From: an uncultured Planctomycetaceae bacterium
GTDB lineage: Bacteria; Planctomycetota; Planctomycetia; Pirellulales; PALSA-1355
Length of the DNA stretch: 64,000 nt
Direction: 5' to 3'
NCBI GenBank assembly: GCA_963785305.1
Contig: CAWAUV010000005.1
Coordinates: 160,001-224,000, forward strand
A program made the translations under genes and the position numbers. Below, piece by piece: positions 10,928 through 22,416 of this stretch. Positions within the stretch are counted from its first letter, which is position 1; every line of letters starts with the position of its first letter. Under the pieces are notes generated by a model. The model worked only from the letters and a program-made list of their open reading frames with translations. It had not been told where the DNA came from and did not search any database.

Positions 10928-12292
10928 GTGGAGATCGTCATCGGCTCACTGGCGCTGGCCGGCCTTCTCTGGGGCTGCTTGCTGCTCACGCGCGGAGGCC
11001 TGGTGACCGGCGGCATGCTGGTGGTTCTTGCCGGTTGTTGTTTCGGTCAGCCGTTTTTCAAGCTCGCCGTGGGACCGCTGCCGATCACGATCGATCGCTC
11101 GCTCCTGGGCGTGCTCGCCTTGCAATACGTGATGCTGCGGCGATTTGCCCAGACCGATCCCAAGCCGCTGGCGCGGGCCGATTATCTGCTGTTCGCGTTT
11201 CTGGGCGTGTTGTTCGTCAGCACGATGACCCATGATTGGAAGTTCCGCAATAGTTGGCCGCTGGCCCAATTCGTTTTCCTCTATCTGTTCCCGGTCGTCT
11301 TGTACTGGATCATGCGGCAAGCACGAGTCTCGGAGCGGATGCTCACCGGCCTGTTCGCGGCGGGCGGCGTGTTTGCCTTGTATTTGTGCTTCACGGCCGT
11401 GGCCGAGTCGCATGGTTGGTGGGCATTGGTCTTTCCCGGATATTTGCGATCCACGGAATTCATCGAATTCTATGGCCGCGGTCGCGGGCCGGTGCTTAAT
11501 CCGGCCGGCAACGGTTTCTATCAGGCGTCGATGCTCTCGGCCGGCCTCATGATCTGGCCCCGACTCGGCCGCCGCGGGCAATTCGTGATTCTGGCGATCG
11601 CGCCGCTGGCCGCCTGGGGCGTGTACTGCACCCTGACCCGCAGCGCGTGGATGGGCGCGGCGCTCAGTCTCACGATTGTCGTCGGCTGCGGCCTGCCGCG
11701 CGCCTGGCGGGCTCCGGTGCTCACCAGCTTTGCCCTCGCCGCCACACTGCTCGTGGCCGTGAGTTGGCAAAGCGTGCTCGTGTTCAAGCGCGATAAGAAC
11801 TTAAGCGCCAACGAAAGCCTGGAATCGGCCAAGTTGCGGCCGATTCTCGCGCGGATCGCATGGAACATGTTTCAAGATCGCCCGCTGCTGGGATTCGGCT
11901 TCGGCCAATACTTCACCGAAAGCAAGGCGTATCTCCACGATCGCGACACGGACTTGAACCTCGAAAAAGGCCGGCCGTATATTCAACACAATGTGTTCTT
12001 GGCCCAACTCACGGAAATGGGCCTCTTGGGCATGAGCCTCTGGATCGGGCTGCTCGTGGCGTGGGGGCTCCAAGGCTGGCGGCTGTGGCGAAATCTCGCG
12101 CTGCCGCTCGGCGCCCGGCAGTGCGGGCTTTGGATGCTCGCCACGCTCGGGGCCTATCTGCCCAATGGCATGTTTCAAGACATGGGCGCGATTCCCATGG
12201 TCAACTCGCTGCTGCTGTTCTGCGCCGGCCTGACCACCGGTCTGGCCATCAAAGCGGCCTCGCGGCACGGGGGCGCCGCAATCGCCGGCTGA
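10928..12292 (+). CDS. O-antigen ligase/Wzy-like membrane protein
   Basis: Multiple TM helices; [34 protein letters not shown]. Confidence 0.85.
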   Translation: MEIVIGSLALAGLLWGCLLLTRGGLVTGGMLVVLAGCCFGQPFFKLAVGPLPITIDRSLLGVLALQYVMLRRFAQTDPKPLARADYLLFAFLGVLFVSTMTHDWKFRNSWPLAQFVFLYLFPVVLYWIMRQARVSERMLTGLFAAGGVFALYLCFTAVAESHGWWALVFPGYLRSTEFIEFYGRGRGPVLNPAGNGFYQASMLSAGLMIWPRLGRRGQFVILAIAPLAAWGVYCTLTRSAWMGAALSLTIVVGCGLPRAWRAPVLTSFALAATLLVAVSWQSVLVFKRDKNLSANESLESAKLRPILARIAWNMFQDRPLLGFGFGQYFTESKAYLHDRDTDLNLEKGRPYIQHNVFLAQLTEMGLLGMSLWIGLLVAWGLQGWRLWRNLALPLGARQCGLWMLATLGAYLPNGMFQDMGAIPMVNSLLLFCAGLTTGLAIKAASRHGGAAIAG

Positions 12293-14305
12293 TCAGAACA
12301 GCTCGGATTGGGCGGGACGCGCTTGGGCCGATTCGACCACGCGGCGGCAGTCGGGCAAGCTTTCGAGAAACAGGCGCCCGTAAGGCTTGGTGCGCAGCGC
12401 GCGGGTCGAGCACCACCACCCGTCCCCGATCTTGCCGACTGCGAATCAGCCGGCCGAAGCCCTGTTTGAGTTTGAGAATCGCCTCGGGCAACTGGCAGTC
12501 TTGAAACGGGTTGCCACCGCGAGCGCGAATCGCCTCGAGCCGCGCCGCCAATAGCGGGCGATCGGGCACGCTAAATGGCAGCCGGGCGATAATCACGGTC
12601 TGCACGCGCGCTGCCCGGCACATCGACGCCTTGCCAAAAACTATCGGCGCCCAAGAGCACGCCGCGCGGGTTGGCCTTGAAGCGTTCGACCATCAGGCTG
12701 CGCGAAAGACCGTCGGCTTGATTATAAAGCGCGAGATTGCGCTCGGCGAGCCAGGGCGAGATTCCCGCGGCGACGCGTTTCATCATGTCGTAGCTGGTGA
12801 GCAAGACGAACGCATGGCCATCGCTTTGGCCGGCGTAGCGCTCGATCATTTCGATCACGCGGCGCTCATAGACTCGCGGTTCCGAAGTGGGATCGGGCAT
12901 GTCGTCGAGCAGCACCAGTTCGGCTTGTTCCCGATAGTTGAAGGGACTGCCCCATTGCCGCGCCTCGCCCGCGGAGAGCCCCACGCGATGCTTGAAATAG
13001 TCGAACGATCCCTGGCCCACGGCCAAGGTGGCGCTGGTCATAATCACCGTGGGCACGCGCTCGAAAAGTTCGGCGCGGAGGGCGGGGCCCACATCGAGCG
13101 GCGCCGCGGCAAGCTCGACGCGCGTGCGGCCGCGGCGCGATTGGGCGATGTCGATCCAATGCACGGCGTCTTCCTGCCGCTGGGTTCGCCAGGCTTCGCA
13201 GGCAAAGGCGAGCGTCGTCAAGCGGTCGGCCGCCGAGGTGAAGTTCTGCTTCTCATCGTCGGTGAATTTGGTCGCGGTCTGGCGCAGGCGATTGGCCAAG
13301 GCCGTGAGCGCGGGCGTGAGGCCATTGGCCACGATGTCGGGATGCGACACTCGCGGCGTGGTCTTGCCGGTTTTGCGAGCCCACTCGAGCACATCGTCGA
13401 AAAACTCCTCGGCCCGCATGTGACAGGTGAGCACGTCTTTCTGCAGCTCGCCGAGCTTGTGATGCACGAGCAGGCCCCTGTTCGTGCGGTCGTTGTAGAG
13501 TTTGTTGAGCAGATATTCGACTTGGCCCGAGGTGACGCTCGCGCCTAGGTGGTCGCTGGCCACGGCTTCGAGCGTGTGGGCTTCGTCGAAGATCGCGATA
13601 TCGTAGTCGGGCAGCAGGTTCGCGCCCTCGCGCCGCAGCGCCAGATCGGAAAAGAACAGGGCATGGTTCACGACCAGCACCTGGGCGTTTTGCATTCGCC
13701 GCCGGGCTTGATAATAAAAGCAATCTTTATATGTCGGACACTGCCGGCCCAGGCAATTGCCGCTGTCGCTTTGGGTCTCTTCCCAAACACTAGGGAGCGG
13801 CTTGTGTTCGAGATCGGCGAGCGAGCCATCGTGGGTTTTCTTGCTCCACGCGGTGAGCTTTCGCAGTTCGGCGAATTCCTCGTCGAGCCGAAAGAGCGAG
13901 CCGCCGCGCTCGACGGCGCTGTTCATGCACCGCAGGCTCAAGTAGTTGCCGCGGCCCTTGACCAACGCCGCGCTGAATTCGAGCGGAATCACGCTGTTGA
14001 GAAACGGAATGTCCTTGAACAGCAGTTGTTCTTGCAGGCTGATCGTGTGCGTCGAGATGACGACGCGCTTGCGGGCCGGCTTGCCATCGGCGGCCGTTGG
14101 TTGGGCCACGGCCAGAATCGCGGGAACCAAATAGGCGAAGCTCTTGCCGACGCCGGTGCCAGCCTCGGCCATCAGAATGCCGGCGGCCCTCGATCGCCGC
14201 GGCCACGGCCTCGCCCATGGCGAGCTGCTCGGAGCGCAGCTCGTAGTTGGGCAGCCGGGCGGCAATGCGGCCTTGGGGTCCGAGAATATCGGCGGGCGTG
14301 AGCAT
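12293..14305 (-). CDS. dinG: DinG/YoaA family ATP-dependent helicase (about 3 indels)
   Basis: YELRSEQ Q-motif, [36 protein letters not shown] across frames. Confidence 0.9.
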
Positions 14306-14444
14306 GAAATTCGGTCGATGGCGAAAACGGGAAGCATCGGGCGACTATTCAAACTACCAATATCCCGCCGCGACCGATAGCCGCGCCGACGCCGTGCTTG
14401 CCGACGCCCCACTTTTCGCCCCGCGTCCACGCGAGTTCGCGTCT

Positions 14445-15464
14445 TCAGGACAACTGCCAAGCCGCCATCTTGAACACATCGGTCAGCCGGCTATTGAGCC
14501 CCAACACGGCGGCCGGCTCGAAGCCGCAGTGGACCATGCAGTTTTCACAGCGCGGATCGGCGCCGGCGCCGAGCTTGTTCCAGTCCGTGAGCTGCACGAG
14601 GTCTTGATACGTCTTGTGATGGGTGTCGGTAATCAGGTAGCAGGGGCCTTTCCAGCCTTTGAGATTTCGCGTGGGATTGGCCCAAGCCGCGCAGCGCAGG
14701 TCGCGCTCGCCCCGCAAGAATTCGAGATAAATCGGCGAGGTGTTGAGCTTGAAGCTGGCCAGTAGGGTCTTGGCCTGCCGGAACTTTTCATGCACATCGG
14801 CCTTGGTCATGAAGATTTCGGCGGCGCCCGTGGGATTCGTGATTTGCACGGCCGAATAGCCATAGGCCGGCGAGAGCATGAAGCCGTCGACGCCGAGCTC
14901 CGTGAGATACGAGAGCAACACGGCGATTTCGTTCATGTCGGTTTCCTTGTATATGGTCGTGTTCGTGCAGACCAGGAAACCGGCCGCCTTCGCCGCCTTG
15001 ATGCCTTCGATCGCTTCCTTGAACACGCCGTCGCGCTCCACGGCCTTATCGTGCGAGGCTTCCATGCCGTCGAGATGCACATTCCAGAAGAAGCGACTCG
15101 TGGGCTTGAACTTGTCGAGCTTCTTGCGGGTAAACATGCCGTTGGTGCAGAGATAGATGTGCTTCTTGCGCTCGAGAATCTTGGCCACGAGCTCGTCGAT
15201 CCAGGGATAAATCATCGGCTCGCCGCCGCAAATGCTCACGATCGGCGCCCCGCATTCGTCGACGCTCGCCAGGCACTCGTCGACACTGAGCTTGTCCTTG
15301 ATCGTCGTGGCGTATTCACGGATGCGCCCGCAGCCGGTGCAAGTGAGATTGCAGGCGTGCAGCGGCTCGAGCATCAAGACCAAGGGAAACTTCCGCTGGC
15401 GCGAAAGCTTCTTCTTGAGCATGTAGGTCGTCATCCGGGCGGTGAGCGAAAGCGGAAAACGCAT
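14445..15464 (-). CDS. hpnH: Adenosylhopane synthase radical SAM protein HpnH
   Basis: FPLVLMLEPLHACNLTCTGCGRI, PCYLI, CENCMVHCGFE; directly downstream of shc. Confidence 0.93.
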   Translation of the reverse strand: MRFPLSLTARMTTYMLKKKLSRQRKFPLVLMLEPLHACNLTCTGCGRIREYATTIKDKLSVDECLASVDECGAPIVSICGGEPMIYPWIDELVAKILERKKHIYLCTNGMFTRKKLDKFKPTSRFFWNVHLDGMEASHDKAVERDGVFKEAIEGIKAAKAAGFLVCTNTTIYKETDMNEIAVLLSYLTELGVDGFMLSPAYGYSAVQITNPTGAAEIFMTKADVHEKFRQAKTLLASFKLNTSPIYLEFLRGERDLRCAAWANPTRNLKGWKGPCYLITDTHHKTYQDLVQLTDWNKLGAGADPRCENCMVHCGFEPAAVLGLNSRLTDVFKMAAWQLS

Positions 15465-15531
15465 CGTGCTTCTCTCGCATGAAGGATCGGAAAAATGTGT
15501 CGGCGCAACGTGGGAAAGCAAAACTCGGCTC

Positions 15532-17666
15532 TTAGCCGCTTTGGGTCAGCAAATGTTCGAGCGCTTCGGCTTCCTCGAGCCGCTCGCCTACCGCCGCGGC
15601 CCACTGCCCAAGCGCCAGCAGCGGGAAGTAGATCGGATACATGTGATATCGCAAATAAAACACGAGCGGAAAGCCGGTGCCCGTGAATTCCTTTTCTTCC
15701 CACGAGCCATCGGCTCGCTGACGTTCGATGAGCCACCGCGCGCCGCGCGCCATGGCCGGATGCGCGTGTTCGCCCGCCGCAAGCAAGCCCAGCATCGCCC
15801 AGGCGGTTTGCGAGGGCGTGGTCGGACCCTGACCTCGCTTCTCGGGCGCGGCATAACTATCGGGCGACTCACCCCAGCCGCCATCGGGCTGTTGATAAGC
15901 GAGCAGCCAGTGCGCTCCCGCGCGAATCATCGGGTCGTTTTTATCGACGCCCACGGCCGCGAGCCCCACGAGCGACTGCCACACGCCGTAAATGTAGTTG
16001 ACTCCCCAGCGGCCGAACCAGCTTCCGTCGGCCTCTTGCGTGGACCGCATATATGCCACGGCGCGATCCACCACCGGGTCGCCGACGCGCCGGCCGTAGT
16101 AAGCCAGAGTTTCGAGCACCCGGCCGGCCAAGTCGGGAGTGCTGGGATCGATCATCGCGTTGTGATCGGCGAACGGCACATGGCACAAGAACTCGCGATC
16201 GTTGTCGCGGTCGAAAGCGCCCCAGCCGCCATCGCGATTTTGCATTGCCAATACCCAGGCCAGCCCGCGCTCGGTGGCGGCCAGCAATCGATCGATCGCG
16301 ATCACTTGCCGACGCGCTTCGCGCGCATTCGGCAGCGATTGCCGATCGACCACATGCAGCTCCGGCGGCAAATGTCCGGCGCCGGCCGCGGTCGAAGCGT
16401 TACGGGCTCGGGGCTTGCGGCCAAGCCGCGGCGCCAGGGCCATGAGCGCCATGATCGTGTCGTCGACATCGGGATAGAATTCGTTGGCGTGCTCGAAACA
16501 CCAGCCGCCGCTGGGGGCGTCGACCGTTTCGGCCCAATCGCCGCGTCGCGAGATTTGTTGGTCGAGCAGCCAAGCCACGCCGCGCTCGATTGCCGGATCG
16601 CACGGTTCGACCCCGCTGGCGTCGAGCGCCCGCAGGGTAATGGCGGTATCCCAGACCGGCGATTTGCAGGGCTGCAATCGCAAGGTGGTTTCGGTTTCGA
16701 TCATCAGGCCGTCGAGCTGTTCGCGGCAATAGACTTGCTCGGGGCTCGCGTCGGCGTAGCCGCGCAATTTGAGCGCGATCACGCTGAAGATCATCGGCGG
16801 AAAGATCGCCCCCAGCCCATCGCTGCCGGCGAATCGCTCGACGATCCACTTCTCCGCCGCTTGAAGCGCCCGCCGCCGAAGCGGCACGAAACCCACTCGC
16901 TCGCAAAGCTTAATGCCGCGGTCGAGCAGCCGGAAGAAGCGATCCCAGCTCACGAGCCGCGGAGCCTCGGGCCGGCCCGGGCAGCGCAGCGGCGGCCAAT
17001 GCTCCGGCGCCTTGATGAAAAGTTCCGACACGCCGAAGCGCGGGTCGAGTCGCGCCACCGGCTTATAAGCCCACATCACCGCCAGCGGAGCGAGAATCGT
17101 GCGCGACCAGGCGCTCATGCGGTAGAGATTGATCGGAAACCAAGTGGGCAACAGCACCATTTCCGGTGGCACGGCCGGGCACTGGTCGTAGGGAATCTGC
17201 CCCAGGAGCGCGAGGTAAAACCGCGTGAAGCTATTTACCGCATCGGCCCCGCCGTGAGCGAGAATGGCCCCGCGGGCACGCTGCATCGGCTCGCCACTGG
17301 GGTCATGGCCCGTGAGCTTGAGGGCGAAGTAGGCTTTCACGCTCGCGCCCACATCGACCGCCCCGCCCGGATAGATCGCCCAGCCACCCTTGGGGAGCTG
17401 CGCGAGCTCGATATGGCGGGCCGCTTTCCGGCGCGCTCGGAGCCGTGTTCGCCCAGATAGGCGAGCAACAAAATGTATTCGCTTTCGAGGATCGTGTCGC
17501 CCTCGAGCTCGCCGACCCAGTAGCCGTCGGCATGCTGCGCGGCGAGCAGCCATTGGCGGGCCGTGAGAATCGCCCGGCGCAGCCCGCTGCCGGGACGAAG
17601 CGAAGCGGCGCCCGATGGTTCGTGGGCGATGCTGGCTTCAATGCCGCGCGGGGCCGTCATGGGCAT
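15532..17666 (-). CDS. shc: Squalene-hopene cyclase (indel near 17420; start uncertain)
   Basis: WVGELEGDTILESEY, SPVWDTA, YPDVDDT (DXDD), QW repeats QNRDGGW/QEADGSW/QQPDGGW, FYLRYHMY. Confidence 0.95.
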
Positions 17667-17922
17667 CGCGCCTGAGGAGTGAATGTCATATTCTCTCGTC
17701 CTGGTGGGGACGCGATCTTCCTTGAGGCCGTCATCCATGACGCGCTGGCCACGAGCGCAAAAAGGCTCACGGCGCCAAGAGCTTATGCGACGCGCGGCGA
17801 TCCGGCAAGGGCAGCTCTTGCAAACCAAAAAAACCAAGCAAGGCATCAGCCGAGTAGCATACCCACGCTTGTCGTGGCCAGGGGCGATCGGCGGCCGAGC
17901 ATGCGTAAACCCGGCAAGGCGA

Positions 17923-18237
17923 TCAGCCCAGCGTGATCTTGTCGATCTTCACCCGGGTGTGCAGTTGGCGATGACCGGTGCGGCGGCGATAGGTTTTGCG
18001 GCGGCGGAATTTTTGGATCACGAGCTTTTCGCCTTGGAAGACGCCGAGCACTTTGGCCGTGACCACGGCGCCCTCGAGCGCCGGGGCGCCAAACCGCAGG
18101 CTCGAGCCATCGCTGCCGGCGAGCACTTTGCGGAACTCAAGCGGCGACCCGGCCGAGAGATCGCGATAATCGACTTCTAACTCCTGACCCTCGACGACCT
18201 TATACTGCCGGCCGCCGTCGACGATAATCGCGTACAT
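17923..18237 (-). CDS. rplU: 50S ribosomal protein L21
   Basis: MYAIIVDGGRQYKV...KFRRRKTYRRRTGHRQLHT. Confidence 0.97.
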   Translation of the reverse strand: MYAIIVDGGRQYKVVEGQELEVDYRDLSAGSPLEFRKVLAGSDGSSLRFGAPALEGAVVTAKVLGVFQGEKLVIQKFRRRKTYRRRTGHRQLHTRVKIDKITLG

Positions 18238-18524
18238 AGTGCGTGACCCAAATCTGAAAAAGGCGCCAATCTTGAAAAACTCCCGCCTCCCGAATTCGCC
18301 TTCGCGGCGAACTTACCCGGCAATCAGCGCTTAAAAGGCCGGTAGGGAAGCCCCATAGCGTAGCAAAAATCCCAAATCGCGTCGAGTGCCCCGACCCGCG
18401 CTTTTTGTGCCTTTGTGCCTTTTTGGGAGATTTTGCCCTCGTGAAGAATTCGGGAGCTCTCGATTGCCCGGCGGCAAAACGGTCCCAAGCATTCCCGGAG
18501 TGGGCGAAATCGCGTGGCGGGCGA

Positions 18525-20488
18525 TTAGCGATCGACGCCGACCGCCTGTTTTTTGCGGGCGATCGACTCTTCGGCCACTGCCTGCTCGGTTGCCTGCTCG
18601 GCTTTCGTCGCTTTCGACCTGTTCCAGGCAAGATGCTGGTAGGGCGTCGGCGGCGGGTCGAGCGGGCCCGTGATTCGACCCACGATGACGGTCATGTCGG
18701 CCGAGGCGCGCCGCATCGGGTCGCATGGCACCGCCATCACCGGCTCCCAGGCAAATGGCAACATGCCCGATGTCTTGCCCCAGCGGCGACCACGGCCGTC
18801 GGATCGAAACCAGTTGCTATCGCCAAGGTGTAGATCGAAGCAGAAATACGTGATGCCCGGCGTAAGCTCATCGGCGTGTTCGGGCCAATCCACCTGCGGA
18901 ATCGTATCGCCATAGAAATACGCGAACCGATGCGCGATCGGACCGAAGCTCACGAGCCGCGTCCCCGGCGGAAACTGCTTTCGCAACTTGGCGATCACCG
19001 GCGCGAGGTCGTTGGACTTATTGAGCCGCAGATTCACGAGTACTCCGGTCTGCGTGATGCCCAATAGCGCGACCAGGGTAAGCAGCGCGGTTTGCGGGGA
19101 GAGCGATCGCGCCCAGCGGGCCCAGCGGCTTTGGGCAATGCGCCGGGGCAAGTTTTCTTGCGAGCCGAGAAAGAATGTCACGAAGGTCAAGAGGCCCAGC
19201 AATGTGTAGCCCACGGCGAACCAGGCCGGCTGCCGGAGCGGTTCGAGTTTCTTGATGCCGGCCAGCGGCGCGATGCCGGTGACGAGTCCCAGCCCGAAGA
19301 CCACGAGGCATATCGTGCGCGGCAAATGACGCCAAGCGGCGCCTTCGAGCTTGCTGGGCACACTGGCCGACCAGCGCTCGACGACAATGCCCACCAAGAG
19401 GGCGATGCAGGGATAAAGCGGCATGAAGTACCGACCACGCGCGCCCGATGAAATCCATACGGTCGGATACGTGATCGCCAGGGCCGCGAACAAAAAGATC
19501 AACTGCGGCCGACAGGGCCGGAGCGAGCGGCGAAAGTGGGGAAACAAATACGCCGCCAGCAGTGGGCTCCAAGGAAAGAGGCAGCCGAGTGTCTCGCAGG
19601 GATAGCTCAGCATGTGCAGCGCGAGCCCCTCCCATTTGAAGCGGTCGCGCGCGAGGCCCGACCAAATATCGCGCACATCTTCCCAATCGCTAGCCAGGAA
19701 AAAGGGAACTTGCCACAGGCCGACCACGAAGAGAAATGTCGCGACGCCGGCCACATGGGACCAGCTTATCAGCCGCCGCCACTCGCCACGGAGGACGAGA
19801 AAAGCGCCGGTCACGGCCACGAAATACACCGGCGCTCGGGGCCCCTTGTCGAGCGCGGCCAAGCCGGCGAGGAAATAGCCTCCCATCCACATTGCCGTTT
19901 CCGAGCGGCGGCAGGAGTAGAAGGCGTGCCAGAAGAGCATCGACCCGGCCGAGAGGCAGGTAAACAGCGATTCCGACTCGCCCAACTGGCAAAGCTGCAA
20001 GACTTGGCCAAAGGTGACGTAAGCCCCGGCCGCGCCGAGAGCGCCACTCGACTGAGAAATGTGCGGCCATAGCCGTAGATCAAGATCGACGTGGCCAGCG
20101 CCGCGAGCACGCTGGGCAGGCGAATCGCCAGCGGGCTCATGTGCCCGATGGCGAGCGCCACGATCGCCATCATCCAACTGCCGAGCGGCGGCCGTTCGGG
20201 AAACACATGGCCTTGCTGACGCGGCACGATCCAGTCGCCACTGGCGATCATTTCCTTGGCGCTCGTGGCCCAGCGCGATTCCTCGCCGCAGACCGGCAGC
20301 GCCGTGAGTCGGGCCGTGAAAGTGGCCAGCACCACCACGGCCAAGAGCACGATCTCGCGCTCGCGCCACCAGCCGGGCGCCGCGTGTGGCGGCGGATAGT
20401 CCGGCTCCGATTCGCGCGGCGCGGTATCGCCGTGCGAAGCCTGAGCGTGTGGGGCGATCGGTGTTTCTGAAATCGATTCCGGAATCAC
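18525..20488 (-). CDS. ArnT/PMT-like GT39 membrane glycosyltransferase (indel near 20060)
   Basis: GEESRWATSAKEMIASGDWIVPR...ERPPLGSW; LAALDKGP; RYFMPLYP; many TM helices. Confidence 0.85.
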
Positions 20489-20661
20489 GGTGGAAATCGG
20501 CTTTCGAGGACGTTGAAGACTCTGGGTGGCGGGCGACCAAACTCGCGATCCCACCGCGCGGGGCGTGGAGAGTCCCAAAAACCGACGCCCGCGGCAAGAC
20601 GAATTTGCGGGGAAAAAAATGGCGAAGGCGCCGGGTTCGATCGCAAGAGCCGCCCGTCGCC

Positions 20662-21597
20662 TTAGCGTGTCCCCACGGGCGGATTCGCCTCGTCGAGTCG
20701 GAGCACGAGGCCCTGCACATCGAAGGCTTTGCCTTGCGGACCCGGGGGTTCTTCGGGCGCCACGATCCAGGCCCAGCGGTCGCGGGTCTGAATCACGAAG
20801 CGAGAATCGAGATAGTCGGCCAAATCGCCGGTCGCCGTCATCCGTAGCCCGCCGCGCGTGGACCAGGTTGCCGGTCCGGCCCAATTCAAAAAGCTGACTC
20901 GCACGCTTTCAGACAAATAAATCCGGCCGCCCGGCGCCACGAGCGACGGCAGATCGGCGACAAAGCGGCGCTCGAGCGCTCGGGCCAAGAGCGCGAGCGA
21001 GTCGAACCAAAGCTTCGATTCGGCCAGTTCACGCGTCGCTTGGGGAAATCGCTGGGCAAACAGATCGCGGGCCACTTGCCAAGCCGGCGCATGCAACTGG
21101 CTAAGTAGGCACGACGCCACGACCAGCGTATATCGCTCCCCCGACGGATCGCCGGCCGAAGCACTCGCTTCGTGGCCGGCCCCGAGCGGCGCGGCGGCCA
21201 CTTGCGACATCGCCTCGATCGCGGCGGCCGCCGTCGACTCGCGATCGAGAGCTCGGCGCCATGCTTCGCCCAGGCAGGCGATTTGCCCCGTAAGATCGCG
21301 AGTGCGCCATTGGAGCCTCGCGGCGTCGGCCGAGCCGATTCTGCTCTCTACCAGCGCGGCGCTGTCCGCGGGCGGTTTGATATCGTCGATCACAATGCGG
21401 TCGAATCGACTCGCCAGGTCTTCGAGCGGAATCTCGCGACACGCGCCGCCGCCCAGCACAATCGCTTGGCGCGCTCCAGCGGCCGGCGCCAGGGGTTCGG
21501 CGAGCGCCGCCTCGGCCGCGGCCAAGATCAATCGCGAACTGGCGGCCACCTGTTCGTCGGCCCGGGCGGGCAGGAGAGTATGCTTCGGTCGGCTCAT
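20662..21597 (-). CDS. Hypothetical protein, class I SAM-methyltransferase-like fold
   Basis: IVLGGGAC glycine-rich motif followed by acidic residue (IVIDD); YTLVVASCLLSQL; LVAPGGRIY. Confidence 0.6.
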   Translation of the reverse strand: MSRPKHTLLPARADEQVAASSRLILAAAEAALAEPLAPAAGARQAIVLGGGACREIPLEDLASRFDRIVIDDIKPPADSAALVESRIGSADAARLQWRTRDLTGQIACLGEAWRRALDRESTAAAAIEAMSQVAAAPLGAGHEASASAGDPSGERYTLVVASCLLSQLHAPAWQVARDLFAQRFPQATRELAESKLWFDSLALLARALERRFVADLPSLVAPGGRIYLSESVRVSFLNWAGPATWSTRGGLRMTATGDLADYLDSRFVIQTRDRWAWIVAPEEPPGPQGKAFDVQGLVLRLDEANPPVGTR

Positions 21598-22353
21598 CGC
21601 GCGGACCTCGGCTCGGATTGCTTACCGAGGCGCGGGGCGGGGCGCGTGGTGAGCCCCGGCGCGACGCTCGGTTGGGCCAGGGCGAACCAGTCGAGCGGTT
21701 CGGAAAAATCGCCCGCGCGAAAGCCCAGCGTCAAGAGCGGCACATCGGCGGCGCGGCGGCGAATCTCGCGGGCATTGGTCGTGAGGCTCGGATGCGGCTC
21801 GGGGTCGAGTGTGCTGAGCACGACCGCGCCCAGCGGGAGCCGCGGCGCGAACATCCGCGCCACGGCCAAGGTTTGCAAGGTTTGATTGATGGCGCCCAGC
21901 GTGTTGCGCCACCACCACGAGCGGAAAACCGAGCTCCGCGGCAAGCGTGGCCACATCGCAATCCTCGGCCAGTGGCGAGAGCAGCCCGCCGGCGCCCTCG
22001 ACGATCACCACATCGCTCCGGTCGAGCCAGTAGTCGAGCCCGGCGGCGAGCAGGCGTCGATCAATGACGCGCCCCTCGGCGGCCGCGGCCAAACCCGGCG
22101 CCAGCGGCGCGGCGAATCGCTGCGGGCACACGCGGTCGAGCTCGCCCGGAGCGCCGGCGGCTTGCCACAGTGTCCAGGCATCGCGCGGCATGAGCCGGCC
22201 ATCTTCGAGTTCGCAGCCGCTTTCGGCGGGCTTATACACACCCACGCGATGCCCAGCCGCCGCGAGGCGCCGCGCGATCAGCGCCCCGACATGGGTTTTA
22301 CCCACCTCGGTATCGGCGCCGGCAATGAACAAACCGCGAACGGAGTGCGACAT
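21594..22353 (-). CDS. bioD: Dethiobiotin synthase (indel near 21910)
   Basis: LFIAGADTEVGKT, YKPAESG, VEGAGGLLSP, NTLGAINQT. Confidence 0.93.
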
Positions 22354-22416
22354 GGTAAAGGAAATCGTGGCGATTATGAGTGCGATTCAATCGACGATGG
22401 GGACGGATGGGGCTGT

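Noticed and set aside
15442..17460. Long antisense ORFs (this one and 40498-42654, 36580-37998, 60143-61564)
   Set aside because: Shadow ORFs of real genes, expected in high-GC DNA; no motifs
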